Positions 12,841-25,659 of a DNA stretch of 64,000 bases are shown here, in pieces. Location of the stretch: the NCBI GenBank assembly GCA_964016885.1, contig OZ024757.1:19158001-19222000 (forward strand), in the 5' to 3' direction. Both the position numbers and the translations under genes were made by a program. Source of the stretch: Eledone cirrhosa (Eukaryota). The notes under the pieces are model-generated. The model was not told the origin of the DNA. It worked only from the letters and a program-made list of their open reading frames with translations, and made no database searches. Numbering within the stretch: the stretch's first letter is position 1; every line of letters begins with the position of its first letter.

Positions 12841-14300
12841 ATGCATATATATGTGTGTGTGTGTGTGTATGTATGTGCATGTATATATATATATATATAT
12901 GTGTGTGTGTGCATATATATATATATATGTGTGTGTGTGTATGTACGTGTGTGTATACATGCATATGTATGTATATATGTATATATGTGTATATGCATGT
13001 GTGTGCATGTATATATGTATGTATGTGTTTATGTATGTGAGACAATTCCACTACAGTTCCTCTCTCAACCTCTACCACCACACTGCACCAAACCACAACA
13101 CAACACAACACCACACAACACCACACAACACCACATCATCTCCACATCACCTCAACAATACAACACCACACAACACCACATCACCTCCAAAATACAACAC
13201 CACACAACACAATACTACACAATACCACACAACACCATACAACACCACATCACCTCCACACTACAACACAACACCACACAACAGCACATCACCTCCACAA
13301 TACAACACCACACAACACCACATCACCTCCACACTACACCACAACACAACACCACAATACAACACAACACAACACAACACAACACAACACAACACAACAC
13401 AACACAACATCACCTCCACACTACACCACAACACAACACCACACCACACCACAACACAACACAACACAACACAACACAACACAACACAACACAACACAAC
13501 ACCACATCACCTCCACACTACACCACAACACAACACCACAATACAACACAACACAACACAACACAACACAACACAACACCACATCACCTCCACACTACAC
13601 CACAACACAACACCACACAACACAACACCACACAACACAACACCACACCACACCACACCACACCACACCACACCACACCACACCACACCACACAACACAA
13701 CACCTCCACAAGTGTCTATGTGTGAGACACCGAAAGTTTTCTCAGACCATCCTCCCCCCTAGTCCACCACCACCACCACCACCACCACCACCACCACCTT
13801 AACCTTAACCTTAACCTTAAGTATATGTATGAAACACAGAAGGGTTTTTTTTTTACCCCCCTACCGTTACACCACCACCACCATCACACTCCACCACCGC
13901 CACTACCACCACAGACCACCACCAAAGACTACTACCACCACCTCACACCACCATCATCACTATACACACCACCACCACCACACACCACCACACACTACTA
14001 CACTCCACCACCGCCACTACTACCACCACCACACACCACCACCACCACACACTACTACTGACCACCACAAGTGCCTCTCGGCTATCCATCTGTGTGTTTA
14101 AGACACCAAAAGATTTCTCCCTAGACCTCTGACCACCACCACCTCTACACACCACCACAGACCACCACACACCACCACCACAAGTGCCTCTCTATGTTTA
14201 AGACACCATAAACAACAGTTGATCTACCACCTTTGCCATCAGACCACTACACACCACACCACCACACCACCACACACCACCACCACAAGTGCCATTACTG
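11500..14300. repeat. Compound microsatellite field: (TG/TA)n, (GGT)n, (CAACA)n, (CAC)n
   Basis: Direct reading. Confidence 0.95.
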
Positions 14301-14530
14301 TCCATGTCTATGTTTAAGACACGATAAAACAACGGTTGCTCTACCGCCTCTTCTCTGTTTCTCTCTGTTCAATCTCCAACCATTTAACCACTGCTAATCT
14401 TTACAACAGCAACATGTCTTGTTACCTCGATCTTATCTATTCTATACATAGGGTTGCCAACCTTGATTGGCTCTTAACGTAAGTCTACCACCCTTATTAT
14501 TGTTGTTGTTGTTGCTGTTGTTGTTGTTAC

Positions 14531-14564
<34 letters not shown>

Positions 14565-14716
14565 CTTGTTCTTGTTTTGGTTATGATTTCATTTCTGGGT
14601 GTGTATGTTTGTATTTTTATACATATATCTGTATGTATATTTATCCATATATATTTATATATCATCATCATCATCATCATCATCATACGTTCGCTTTTCC
14701 CTGCTTGCAAGGGTGG

Positions 14717-14778
<62 letters not shown>

Positions 14779-14782
<4 letters not shown>

Positions 14783-14967
14783 AAGTATGACCCCGACGGC
14801 AGAGCTCAAGCCGTTTCGACGGCTATTTCAGTCCAGAAATAGCTGTCGAAACGGCTTGAGCTCTACCGTCGGGGTCATACTTTTTCCTATTTCCCACTCT
14901 ACTACCCTAAGTATTGAGTAATCTGGTGTGTTATGGTCCATCTGGTTCCTTACCACAACTCCTTCGT

Positions 14968-14968
<1 letters not shown>
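14779..14968 (+). mobile_element. (TA)n-embedded hairpin element, family H1 (hairpin 14779-14886 plus tail)
   Basis: The hairpin arm carries the 3' half of a hammerhead (GAAACGGC...ACCGTC). The tail has CACTC...TTGAGTA. Homologs at 35821-36016, 55676-55870 and 62920-62968. Confidence 0.75.
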
Positions 14969-15003
<35 letters not shown>

Positions 15004-15029
15004 TGTGTATATAATATCTCTCTCTTTCT

Positions 15030-15135
15030 ATTAATAATGAAAATTATTGAGTACAGTGCTCAGGTGCACTACAACTCATCAAAGGTGCATGTATAGTACA
15101 TAGAATAATGTAGAAATGTTAGGAAAGTGAACAAT
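15030..15135 (-). mobile_element. CR1-like LINE 3' tail fragment
   Basis: Matches the 3' UTR of the LINE at 29061-31596. Confidence 0.8.
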
Positions 15136-15171
15136 ACAGACATACATATACACACACACACATATATACAT

Positions 15172-15212
<41 letters not shown>

Positions 15213-15276
15213 CGCACACACATATATATACACACACACACACACACATATATAGATATATATATATATATACATA

Positions 15277-15346
<70 letters not shown>

Positions 15347-15414
15347 GACATATATATATATATATATGTATATATATAAAGATTAACAAGAATTTTAATT
15401 AAAGCGTTTCATTT

Positions 15415-15478
15415 ATTTACAACTGTTTCATTAAACTAACGAGGATATTCCATTCCTGTTAGAATAACTCCTCAGAAT
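15415..15478 (-). ncRNA. Type I hammerhead-like motif, inverted partner of 15594-15661
   Basis: Minus strand: att CTGAGGA gttattctaac...gttagtttaat GAAAC agtt GTA aat. Confidence 0.65.
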
Positions 15479-15593
15479 TTATTAAATTCCAATAAAATAT
15501 ATACCTGACATGTCCAAGAACTCCAGCGAAAGAGAGAAAAATGTAAAAATCATCACAGAAAACATGTAAGGTATATATTTATTGATATATTAT

Positions 15594-15661
15594 TGATTCT
15601 GAAGAGTTACTTTAACTGGAATGGAATATTCTTGTTAGTCTAACGAAACGATTGTAAATCA
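15594..15661 (+). ncRNA. Type I hammerhead ribozyme motif
   Basis: tgatt CTGAAGA gtta...taac GAAAC gatt GTA aatca. Stem I tgatt/aatca, stem II gtta/taac, 2-bp stem III, GUA site. Confidence 0.75.
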
Positions 15662-15786
15662 TTTACATGATTTAATTTTAAATCTTGTTAATCTTAGTTC
15701 TTTATCTATCGATATATATATATATACTCAAAATATATATATATATACACACACACAATGATATTAAATAAATGGGAACTATATTT

Positions 15787-15847
15787 ATTTTATTGTATAT
15801 ATTTCAAGGGCACCAAAACACTTTGGTACGGTTTCTTCAGATAAAAT
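15787..15847 (-). ncRNA. Degenerate hammerhead-like motif, same family as 45230-45292 and 34533-34716
   Basis: Minus strand: attttat CTGAAGA aaccgtaccaaa...tttggtgccctt GAAA tatataca ataaaat. U16.1 appears mutated to C. Confidence 0.55.
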
Positions 15848-16072
15848 ACAAAGTTTGTTTTATAAATAGAGACTTACGCAGGAAAATCATACCCTCTACT
15901 TATATATATATATATCTATATCCAAAATTAAGATAAATTAAATGAATTTAATCTAAATCGAAATTGTGGGTGTCATGTCATAAACATGCGCCATACATCC
16001 TGGAAATTAAGCTCTAAGATAAGTCTGAGCATACAATAATAACTAGAAATTTCTAGTTATTATTATTATTAT

Positions 16073-16104
<32 letters not shown>

Positions 16105-16305
16105 AATAATAAAAGTATGTGTTCCTACATGTAAATAATACACACAGGGACACAAGTATAGTCCGACCATATGCCAGTGTGGTTCAATGGCAAGTTAATA
16201 AATTAACAAGCCAGAACATATAAAATCAAAGGAGTGTAAATACAGAAAATATCTTTAAAAAATAATAAATAAATTCGAAAAAAATTGACTGTACTTACTA
16301 TACGT

Positions 16306-16397
16306 GCCCTTACCACGGTTTCAGATCCCAAAACAAATAGATAATCGAAATAGATAATCCATAATTTCCATTGAGAAAGAGATCATCGTCAGAAGGC
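16306..16397 (-). ncRNA. Type I hammerhead ribozyme motif
   Basis: Minus strand: gcctt CTGACGA tgatctc...gggatct GAAACC gt GGTA agggc. Stems I, II and III all pair, except a U-U mismatch at the base of stem II. Confidence 0.7.
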
Positions 16398-16601
16398 TTT
16401 TCTCTCTCGGAGAATAGGAAATTCCCGAGTTATGTAATAAACAACACAATATAATTATCCCATTACCCAAGGTTTCACGAAGTCAGATGATTCTAACAGG
16501 AACGTCTGAATCTGTTACATAATTAAATAGCTCTGTACTATACATAGAGCACTCTTCTTTCCTGTACCTTTCTATGGAAATACTTAACCTATATACATAT
16601 A

Positions 16602-16641
<40 letters not shown>

Positions 16642-16765
16642 GTAGGAGGTGAGTTTTATTGTAGCACAATAAAGCAATGCAAATATCGGATAAGTAGCAC
16701 TCTACAGTTTGTAGGACTGGAGTATAAATAATATAAGATCAAAAGATGGTTAAAAGAGTTCCAAG

Positions 16766-16836
16766 TATTTTATTATGCGCATTTCAAAAACAAATATCAC
16801 CATGGGATGATATTTGCGTTCTCATCAGATAAAATA
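16766..16836 (-). ncRNA. Type I hammerhead ribozyme motif, best preserved copy
   Basis: Minus strand: tattttat CTGATGA gaac gcaaatatca tcccatgg tgatatttgt tttt GAAA tgcgca TA ataaaata. 8-bp stem I, 10-bp stem II core, palindromic stem III ATGCGCAT. Confidence 0.85.
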
Positions 16837-17006
16837 GGGAGACATGATATGAAGCTTAAAAAACACTTGTGAATAGTGAAGTTTTAAATCAACATATCTA
16901 TATGTTGATTTACTGCAACATGAATGGACCTGTTATTTTTATCTAAAGACATTTTTTTCCATTTCCAATCCACCCGTCCCCTCAATCTATCTTATTTCTC
17001 ATTCTT

Positions 17007-17042
17007 TCTTCTGGTGAAAGACTAGCGTCCGAAACGTTAAGA
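17007..17042 (+). ncRNA. Minimal hammerhead-like motif, family H2, core mutated to CTGGTGA
   Basis: tctt CTGGTGA aagac tagc gtcc GAAACGTT aaga. Homologs with intact CTGATGA at 53785-53820 and 58666-58701. Confidence 0.55.
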
Positions 17043-17125
17043 CACTCTTCCTGCTATATCAAGCATTAAACTAATATATTCCTTCCATATACTGTACTGA
17101 TTGTGTTGTTATTTCTGTTTACCTT

Positions 17126-17311
17126 AGGGCAGTGGATTGGCAGTATCGGTAGAGGGTCGGACGCCATGCTTTCCAGCATAGTTACGTCCCTTTACGATCT
17201 GAGTTCAAATCCCGCCGAGGTTGACTTTGCCTTTCATCCTTACGGGGTCGATAAAATAAAGTACCAGTAATGAACTGGGTAATTGCTGGCCTTGTGCCTA
17301 AAGTAGAAACA
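17126..17311 (+). mobile_element. SINE family B, full length, with 18-bp target-site duplication
   Basis: GTTATTTCTGTTTACCTT flanks both ends (17108-17125 and 17312-17329). Inserted in the H2 element tail. Confidence 0.92.
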
Positions 17312-17346
17312 GTTATTTCTGTTTACCTTTTACATATATATATATA

Positions 17347-17510
17347 TAAGTGGTTACACAACAGTTAGTTCACCATACCGAGAACAATTGTTTCACCTTA
17401 GCGGATGTTCAGCTCGGAATCCGCGAAGGTGAAACAATTGTTCTCGGTATGGTGAACTAACTGTTGTGTAACCACTTCTATCTAACTCGTCCGATGGACT
17501 GAGTGCTCTA
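17347..17510 (+). mobile_element. (TA)n-adjacent fold-back element (hairpin 17347-17477 plus ACTC...GAGTGCT tail)
   Basis: Arms are reverse-complementary and contain GAAACAATTGTT. The tail reads AACTCGTCCGATGGACTGAGTGCTC. Confidence 0.7.
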
Positions 17511-17524
17511 CCACTACGGATATT

Positions 17525-17920
17525 ACCTTCCAGTGTTCCACCACTATATATATATAAAATATGTAACATCCACCACTATATATATATAAAATATGTAACA
17601 TATTAAATATGTTAAAATTTGTAATATCCACCACTATATATATATAAAATATGTAATATCCACCACTATATATATATAAAATATGTAACATATTAAATAT
17701 GTTAAAATTTGTAATATCCACCACTATATATATATAAAATATGTAACATATTAAATATGTTAAAAATATGTAACATATTAAATATGTTAAAATTATGTAA
17801 CATATTAAATATGTTAAAATTTTGTAAAATATGTAACATATTAAATATGTTAAAATTTTGTAACATATTAAATATGTTAAAATTTTGTAAAATATGTAAC
17901 ATATTAAATATGTTAAAATT
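17525..17920. repeat. AT-rich compound minisatellite
   Basis: Repeating ATCCACCACTATATATATATAAAATATGTAA and CATATTAAATATGTTAAAA units. Confidence 0.9.
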
Positions 17921-18041
17921 TTGTGCTCTCTGAAATATGTATTTAGTATATACAATATACTGTGTTTTCTCTGGACATATGGTTCTTTCTCTCTCTCTAT
18001 ATATATATACATATATATCTTTTACACTTGACTTATATTTG

Positions 18042-19233
18042 TTAACCCTTTAGCATTTAAGCCGGCTATATCCAGCTAAAATTCTCTCACCTCTTTCTAT
18101 TCAAACCAGCCCTATCCAGCTAGAATTCTCTCACCTCTTTCTATTCAAACCAGCCATATCCAGCTAGAATTCTCTCACCTCTCTCTGTTTAATCTGGCCA
18201 TATCCAGCCAGAATTCTCTCACCTCTTTCTGTTCAAACCGGCCATATCCAGCCAGAATTCTCTCACCTCTTTCTATTCAAACCGGCCATATCCAGCCAGA
18301 ATTCTCTCACCTCTTTCTATTCAAACCAGCCATATCCAGCCAGAATTCTCTCACCTCTTTCTGTTCAAACCAGCCATATCCAGCTAGAATTCTCTCACCT
18401 CTTTCTATTCAAACCGGCCATATCCAGCCAGAATTCTCTCACCTCTTTCTGTTTAATCTGGCCATATCCAGCCAGAATTCTCTCAGCTCTTTCTGTTCAA
18501 ACCAGCCATATCCAGCCAGAATTCTCTCACCTCTTTCTGTTCAAACCAGCCATATCCAGCTAGAATTCTCTCACCTCTTTCTGTTCAAACCAGCCATATC
18601 CAGCCAGAATTCTCTCACCTCTTTCTATTCAAACCAGCCATATCCAGCTAGAATTCTCTCACCTCTTTCTGTTCAAACCGGCCATATCCAGCCAGAATTC
18701 TCTCACCTCTTTCTGTTCAAACTGGCCATATCCAGCCAGAATTCTCTCACCTCTTTCTGTTCAAACCAGCCATATCCAGCTAGAATTCTCTCACCTCTTT
18801 CTGTTCAAACCAGCCATATCCAGCCAGAATTCTCTCACCTCTTTCTGTTCAAACCGGCCATATCCAGCTAGAATTCTCTCACCTCTTTCTATTCAAACCG
18901 GCCATATCCAGCCAGAATTCTCTCACCTCTTTCTGTTCAAACCAGCCATATCCAGCCAGAATTCTCTCACCTCTTTCTGTTCAAACCAGCTGTAATTGCC
19001 ACTCATACTGATGTTAAGGTATTATTCTCAAAATAAATAATATCAAAATCTCGCAGGCTCGATATTATGTGAGATATTATGTGAGGTAAAGACTTTACTG
19101 TGAAAATATAATTGTATATATAGAGTAATGTAAATGTTATGCGAGATATTATGTGAGGTAATTATGTGAGATAAAGCCTTTACTGCAAAAATATAATAGT
19201 AAATATATAGTAATATAAATGCTAAAGAGTTAA
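18042..19233. mobile_element. piggyBac-like MITE (TTAA-flanked) expanded by an internal 44-bp tandem array (about 18060-18990, about 21 copies)
   Basis: TTAA-CCCTTTAGCATTTA ... TAAATGCTAAAGAG-TTAA. GAATTCTCTCAC recurs at 18123, 18167 and 18211. Confidence 0.8.
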
Positions 19234-19559
19234 GGACAGGGTTTTCCCTCAACAGGATGGTCTTCTTGGTGCTGACCCCTGAAGAATCATAATAGTCATG
19301 GGAGAGTTGGGGTAGGGTTTATTTAAGGGCAGGGTTTTCCGTCGACAGGATGGCCTTCCTGGTGGTGCCGACCCTTGAGGAAAGAAAGAGATCAGAAGAA
19401 AACCTTTAGACTTCCTTTTTCGTTTGTTTCAGGAAGGAAAAGTTCTTTCTTGTGTGACTTACACTTTAAATGGTGACCCCCAGGGGTCAACTTTTAGAGG
19501 TCAACTTTACACTCAGAGAGGAAATTTTCGTCATATGGCATTCAGTACATCACTCCTTT

Positions 19560-19799
19560 AACATCATGATTATCATCATTACATCATCATCATCATCACT
19601 TCAACATCACCATCACCATCATCATCATCATCACCACCATCATCATCATCATTGTCACCACCATCATTGTTATAATCACCATCATCATCATGACTTCACC
19701 ATCATCACTTTGTTGTCATCACTTCCATGTTATCTTCTTCATAATAGTCATCATCATCATCACCAGTATCAACATCACCATCATCACTTCGTGTGAGCA

Positions 19800-19858
<59 letters not shown>

Positions 19859-19970
19859 TTGTATGTGTTGATGTCTGTGTGTCTGTGTATGTATATATAT
19901 ATATATATATATATATGTCATGGTGTATATGTGTGTGAGTGTATATATGTATGTATGTTTGTATATATAT

Positions 19971-20008
<38 letters not shown>

Positions 20009-20233
20009 TTGTATGTGTTGATGTATGTATGTGTCTGTGTGTGTGTATATATATATATATATGTCATGGTGTATATGTGTGTGAGTGTGTATATATGTGT
20101 GTATGTTTGTATATGTGTGTGTGTGTGTGTTTGTATGTGTTGATGTCTGTATGTGTCTGTGTATGTATATATATATATATATATATATGTCATGGTGTAT
20201 ATGTGTGTGAGTGTGTATATATGTGTGTGTTTG

Positions 20234-20270
<37 letters not shown>

Positions 20271-21886
20271 ATGTCATGGTGAATATGTGTGTGAGTGTAT
20301 ATATATGTGTGTATGTTTGTATATATATATATATATATATGTGTGTGTATGTCATGGTGAATATGTGTGTGAGTGTATATATTTTTGTGTGTATATACGT
20401 GTGTGTTTATATATATATGTGTGTGTGTTTACATGTGTGTGTGTGGGTGTACATGTGTGTGTGTGTGCATCTGTGTGTGTGTAGATGTGTTTGCATGTGT
20501 GTGTACATGTGAGTGTGTATGTGTACAAGTGTGTGTATGTTTACATGTGTGTGTGTATACATGTGTGTGTATGTGTACATGTGTGTGTATACATGTGTGT
20601 GTATGTGTACATGTGTGTGTGTGTGTGCATGTGTGTGTATGTGTACATGTGTGTGTGTGTGTACATGTGTGTGTATGTGTACATGTGTGTGTGTGTACAT
20701 GTGTGTGTATGTGTATGTGTGTACATATGTGTGTATGTGTACATGTGTGTGTGTGTGTACATGTATGTGTACATGTGTGTACATGTGTGTGTATGTGTAG
20801 ATGTGTGTGTATGTGTACATGTGAGTACATGTGTGTGTATGTGTAGATGTGTGTGTATGTGTACATGTGTGTGTGTATTTGTACATGTGTGTAGATGTGT
20901 GTGTATGTGTGTACATGTGTGTGTATGTGTGTACATGTGTGTGTATGTGTACATGTGTACATGTGTGTGTATGTGTGTGTGTGTGTGAAAGCACTTCAAA
21001 GTGATAAGTGATTTACTGAGTCATGGAAAATAAGATATGTTGTTATTGTTGTTTCTGACTTCCTATTCTCTATTATCACCACCATCACCACCATCATCAT
21101 CACCACCACCACCACCATCACCATCATCACCACCATCACCACCACCACCACCACCACCACCACCACCACCACCATCATCAACACCACCATCACCACCATC
21201 ACCACCACCATCAACACCACCATCATCAACACCACCATCATCACCACCACCATCACCACCACCATCACCACTACCATCATCGCCACCACCATCACCACCA
21301 CCATCATCACCACCATCATCACCACCACCATCACCATCATCACTTCCACCACCACCACCACCACCACCACCACTATCATCTCCACCACTATCACCACCAT
21401 CACCATCATCACCACCACCACCACCACCTATACCACCACCACCACAATCACCACCTATACCATCACCACCACCACCATCACCACTACCACCACCGCCACC
21501 ACAATCACCACCACCACCACCTATACCACCATCACCACCACCACCTATACCACCACCACCTTCTACTACCAGTCTCTGGTAAACCCTAACTGTAAGGAAG
21601 GCCCCCCCCCCTCCCCACCTTGTCAGTATCTAAACATGTGTCACCTCCTGGTTTTGACATGGAGAAGGGAAAGATCTTTCAACACTCAGTGAAAAATAAA
21701 CTATTTCCACTCCATGTTTAGTTAAGAAAGCATGCACAGCTCCGCCACCCCAAATATTCACTTTTCTCGCTGTAGATGCATATGCTTATATGCATATATG
21801 TGTGTATATATATATATGTATGTATGTATGTGTATATATATGTGTGTGTGTGTGTGTGCATGTGTGTGTGTGTATGTATGTGTATA

Positions 21887-21917
<31 letters not shown>

Positions 21918-22214
21918 GTATATATTTATTTATTTGTATGTATGTATGTGTATATATATGTATGTATGTATGTGTATATGTATGTGTATATGTATATATA
22001 TATATGTATGTATGTGTATATGTATGTGTATATATTTATTTATTTGTATGTATGTATGTGTATGTATGTATGTATGTATGTATGTGTATATATAAGTATG
22101 TATGTATGTATGTGTATATATATATATATGTATATATGTATATATGTGTGTATGTATGTATGTGTATGTATGGATGTATGTGTTTATATATATGTATGTA
22201 TGTATGTATGTGTA

Positions 22215-22245
<31 letters not shown>

Positions 22246-22309
22246 GTATATATATATATATATTTATGTATGTGTGTATGTATGTATGTGTATGTATGGA
22301 TGTATGTGT

Positions 22310-22343
<34 letters not shown>

Positions 22344-22360
22344 ATATGTATGTATGTGTA

Positions 22361-22395
<35 letters not shown>

Positions 22396-22843
22396 GTATA
22401 TATATATATATTTATGTATGTATGTATGTATGTATGTATGTATGTATGTATGTATGTATGTATGTATGTATGTGTATATATATGTATGTATGTGTATATA
22501 TATTTATGTATGTATGTATGTGTATATATATATTTATGTATATATATATATATGTATGGATGTATATATGTATGGATGTATATATGTATGTATGTATGTG
22601 TATATATATATATATATATTTATGTATGTATATGTGTATATATTTATGTATGTATGTGTATCTATATATGTATGTATGTATGTGTATATATATATACATT
22701 TATGTATGTATGTATGTGTATATAAATATACATATATATATATATATATATATATCTGTGTGTGTGTATATATATACATATATACATGTATCATCATCAT
22801 CATCACCATTTTACGTACATTCTTCCATGCTAGCATGGGTTAT

Positions 22844-22875
<32 letters not shown>

Positions 22876-23010
22876 GCATGTGTATATATATATATATATC
22901 ATCACCATCATCATTGTTTAACGGCCACCTTCCATGCTAGCATGGGTTATATATGTATATGTATGGGTTATATATATATATATGCATGTGTGTATATATA
23001 TATATATCAT
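19560..23010. repeat. Compound microsatellite field: (CAT)n, (TG)n, (CAC)n, (TATG)n
   Basis: Direct reading. Confidence 0.95.
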
Positions 23011-23429
23011 CACCATCATCATAGTTTAACGGCCATCTTCCATGCTAACATGTGTGTTTCCAATTAGAAAGGTGTTGTAATTGTGTATACATCTAAAAAT
23101 GACAATATACACAATATACACCCTGTAAAAGTGAATATCCTCAGCAAAATAGAACATTCTCTCCTATGGAATCTTTCTCAACTATCAGGAAACCATTCCT
23201 GTTAGAATGAGAAGACGTTTTTACGTCACTGATGATGTGAGAAGAGAACTGAAACATCTGGAATGGATTCTACTGACTCATAGCCAAAGCTTTAACGCTT
23301 TAGCATTTAAACTGGTCATGTCTGGCCAGAATTCTCTCACTTCTTTCTGTTCACACTGGCTGTAACTGGCCACTCATACTGATGTTAGGGTATTATTCTC
23401 TCAAAATAAATAGTATCAAAGTATCAAAA

Positions 23430-23915
23430 TCGCCTGAGCACTCTACACAGTAATTTTCATTATATAAATGTTGTGTGTATATAATAGTTTTTATATAATG
23501 TTGTGTGTGTGTGTATGTATCTGTGTGTATATATTGACTTATACACTGTTAACTTTCCTGGCATTTCTACATTACCCTATGTACTATACATGCACATTTG
23601 ATGGGTTGTAGTGCACCTGAGCACTGTACACAATAATTTTCATTATATCAAGACTCATACACTGTTCACTTTCCTGATATTTCTACATTATTCTATGTAC
23701 TATACATGCACCTTTGATAAGTTATAGTGCACCTGAGCACTTTACACAATAATTTTCATTATGTAAATGGTGTGTATATGTATCTGTGTGTATATCAAAA
23801 CTCATACACTGTTCACTTTCCTGACATTTGTACATTATTCTATGCACTATACGTGCACCTTTGATGAGTCGTAGTGCACCTGAGCTCTGTAAATAAAAAT
23901 TTTCATTATCATTAT
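23430..23915 (+). mobile_element. Tandem array of about 4 CR1-like LINE 3' tails
   Basis: Repeats of CATACACTGTTCACTTTCCTGAC...GTAGTGCACCTGAGCACT.TACACAATAATTTTCATT, which matches the 3' UTR of 29061-31596. Confidence 0.8.
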
Positions 23916-24160
23916 TGTAATAAAAGCCTCATATATATTTTATTGAACAATATCTATTGTTCTTCAATAAGTTATATCATTAATCAGAAGTTATGAAGTT
24001 ATCTCCCTTCATATAAACTCTGAACATTTAATAAAGAAAGGAACCATGTTTAATTTAACATTTTTATGGAATAAATTTGTAGTTTACTTGAAGCATTGTA
24101 TACGGTATAAAGAATTCGAAGTTTGAAAGCCATGGCAATGCGGGTTTGTACGGTAAATAA

Positions 24161-24385
24161 TTAACCCTTTAGCATTTACATTACTCTCTATATATATATA
24201 TTGTTATATATCCGCAGTAATGGCTTTACTTCACATAATTATCTCACATAATATCAAATCTAAAAGATTTTGATATTATTTACTTTGAGAACAATACCTT
24301 AACATAAATATGAGTGGCCTGTTATGGCCAGTTTGAACAGAAAGAGGTGAGAGAATTATGGCCGGTTTAAATGCTAAAGGGTTAA
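24161..24385. mobile_element. piggyBac-like MITE, complete 225-bp copy including TTAA flanks
   Basis: TTAACCCTTTAGCATTTA...TAAATGCTAAAGGGTTAA. Other copies at 23292-23430 and 26161-26320. Confidence 0.8.
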
Positions 24386-24744
24386 ATCGTAAGAAACGGG
24401 GGTTGTCTTTTTTTTACCTTTATTTATTCATATGTCCTGTTATTTCAAGATTAATATCTCTTGTTCCAAGGAAAATAAAGGAACTATTCCAGTGTCCGAT
24501 GTGGCTTGCTATACAATACTGGCCGGAAGTGGTTTTATTATTTATTTTTTATCTATCTTTATTTCTAATCTCTTTTGTTTTAAAATTAAGGTCTTGTCAG
24601 GTCAAGGGTCACAGAGTTGTTTCCCTTTAAATCCACTTAGATGTATAGATATTATTATATTTGGGTGGGTCATGTCGTAATATTGAGAAAAATTAGTAAA
24701 ACACACTCACTGTTTGGTTTGGTTTTTGAAAAACCAAACCAAAC

Positions 24745-25600
24745 TACATCAGAACACACCACATCACAACATACACCACACCACAAACCACACCATACCA
24801 CAAACCACACCATACCACAAACCACACCATACCACACACACATGCTATACTATACACCACCACATCACAACATACACCACACCACACCACAACATACACC
24901 ACACCACAAACCACAACACACCACACCACACCACAAACCACAACACACCACAACACACCACACCAAACCAAACAATGTACCACACTACACCACATCACTC
25001 ATCAACACACCCTGACATACACTACACCACACACTACACTATACACCACACTACAGCACCACACCGCAGCAGACCACACCACACACTACACCACACACCA
25101 TACCACACCACACCATACCACCACCACACCACCACCACACCACCACCACACCACACAACACCATACTACCACCACACCATACCACCACCACACCACACCA
25201 TACCACCACCACACCACAACACAACACTACACCACACCACAACCACAACATACACCATACCACACCACACACTACACTATACACCCCAGACACCACACCA
25301 TACCACCACCACCACCATACCACACCACACACCACACCGCAACCACACCATACCACAACACTACTCCACACCACACAACACCACACACTACACCACACTA
25401 CAACACACAACATACCACACCACACACCACACCACCACCACACCACCACCACACCACACCACACCACACCACACGATACCACCAGCACACCACACAATAC
25501 CACCACCACACCAGACCACACCACACCATAACATACACCGCGACCACACCACAACATACACCACACCACACTACACCACCACCACACCAGAACATACACC
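24745..25600. repeat. (CACCA/CACAC)n degenerate satellite
   Basis: Direct reading. Confidence 0.95.
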
Positions 25601-25659
25601 ACTGGTTAACATTTAACAAAAAAAATGTATTTGTTATTTTACCTTTTCAATTAATATAT

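Noticed and set aside
13797-13820. (CCTTAA)4 as an interstitial telomere
   Set aside because: Only four units, and not the TTAGGG motif.
23190-23270. Type III hammerhead (CTGATGA...GAAAC flanked by CCATTCC/GGAATGG)
   Set aside because: Stem II does not pair and stem I is not adjacent to the cleavage site; it could be chance.
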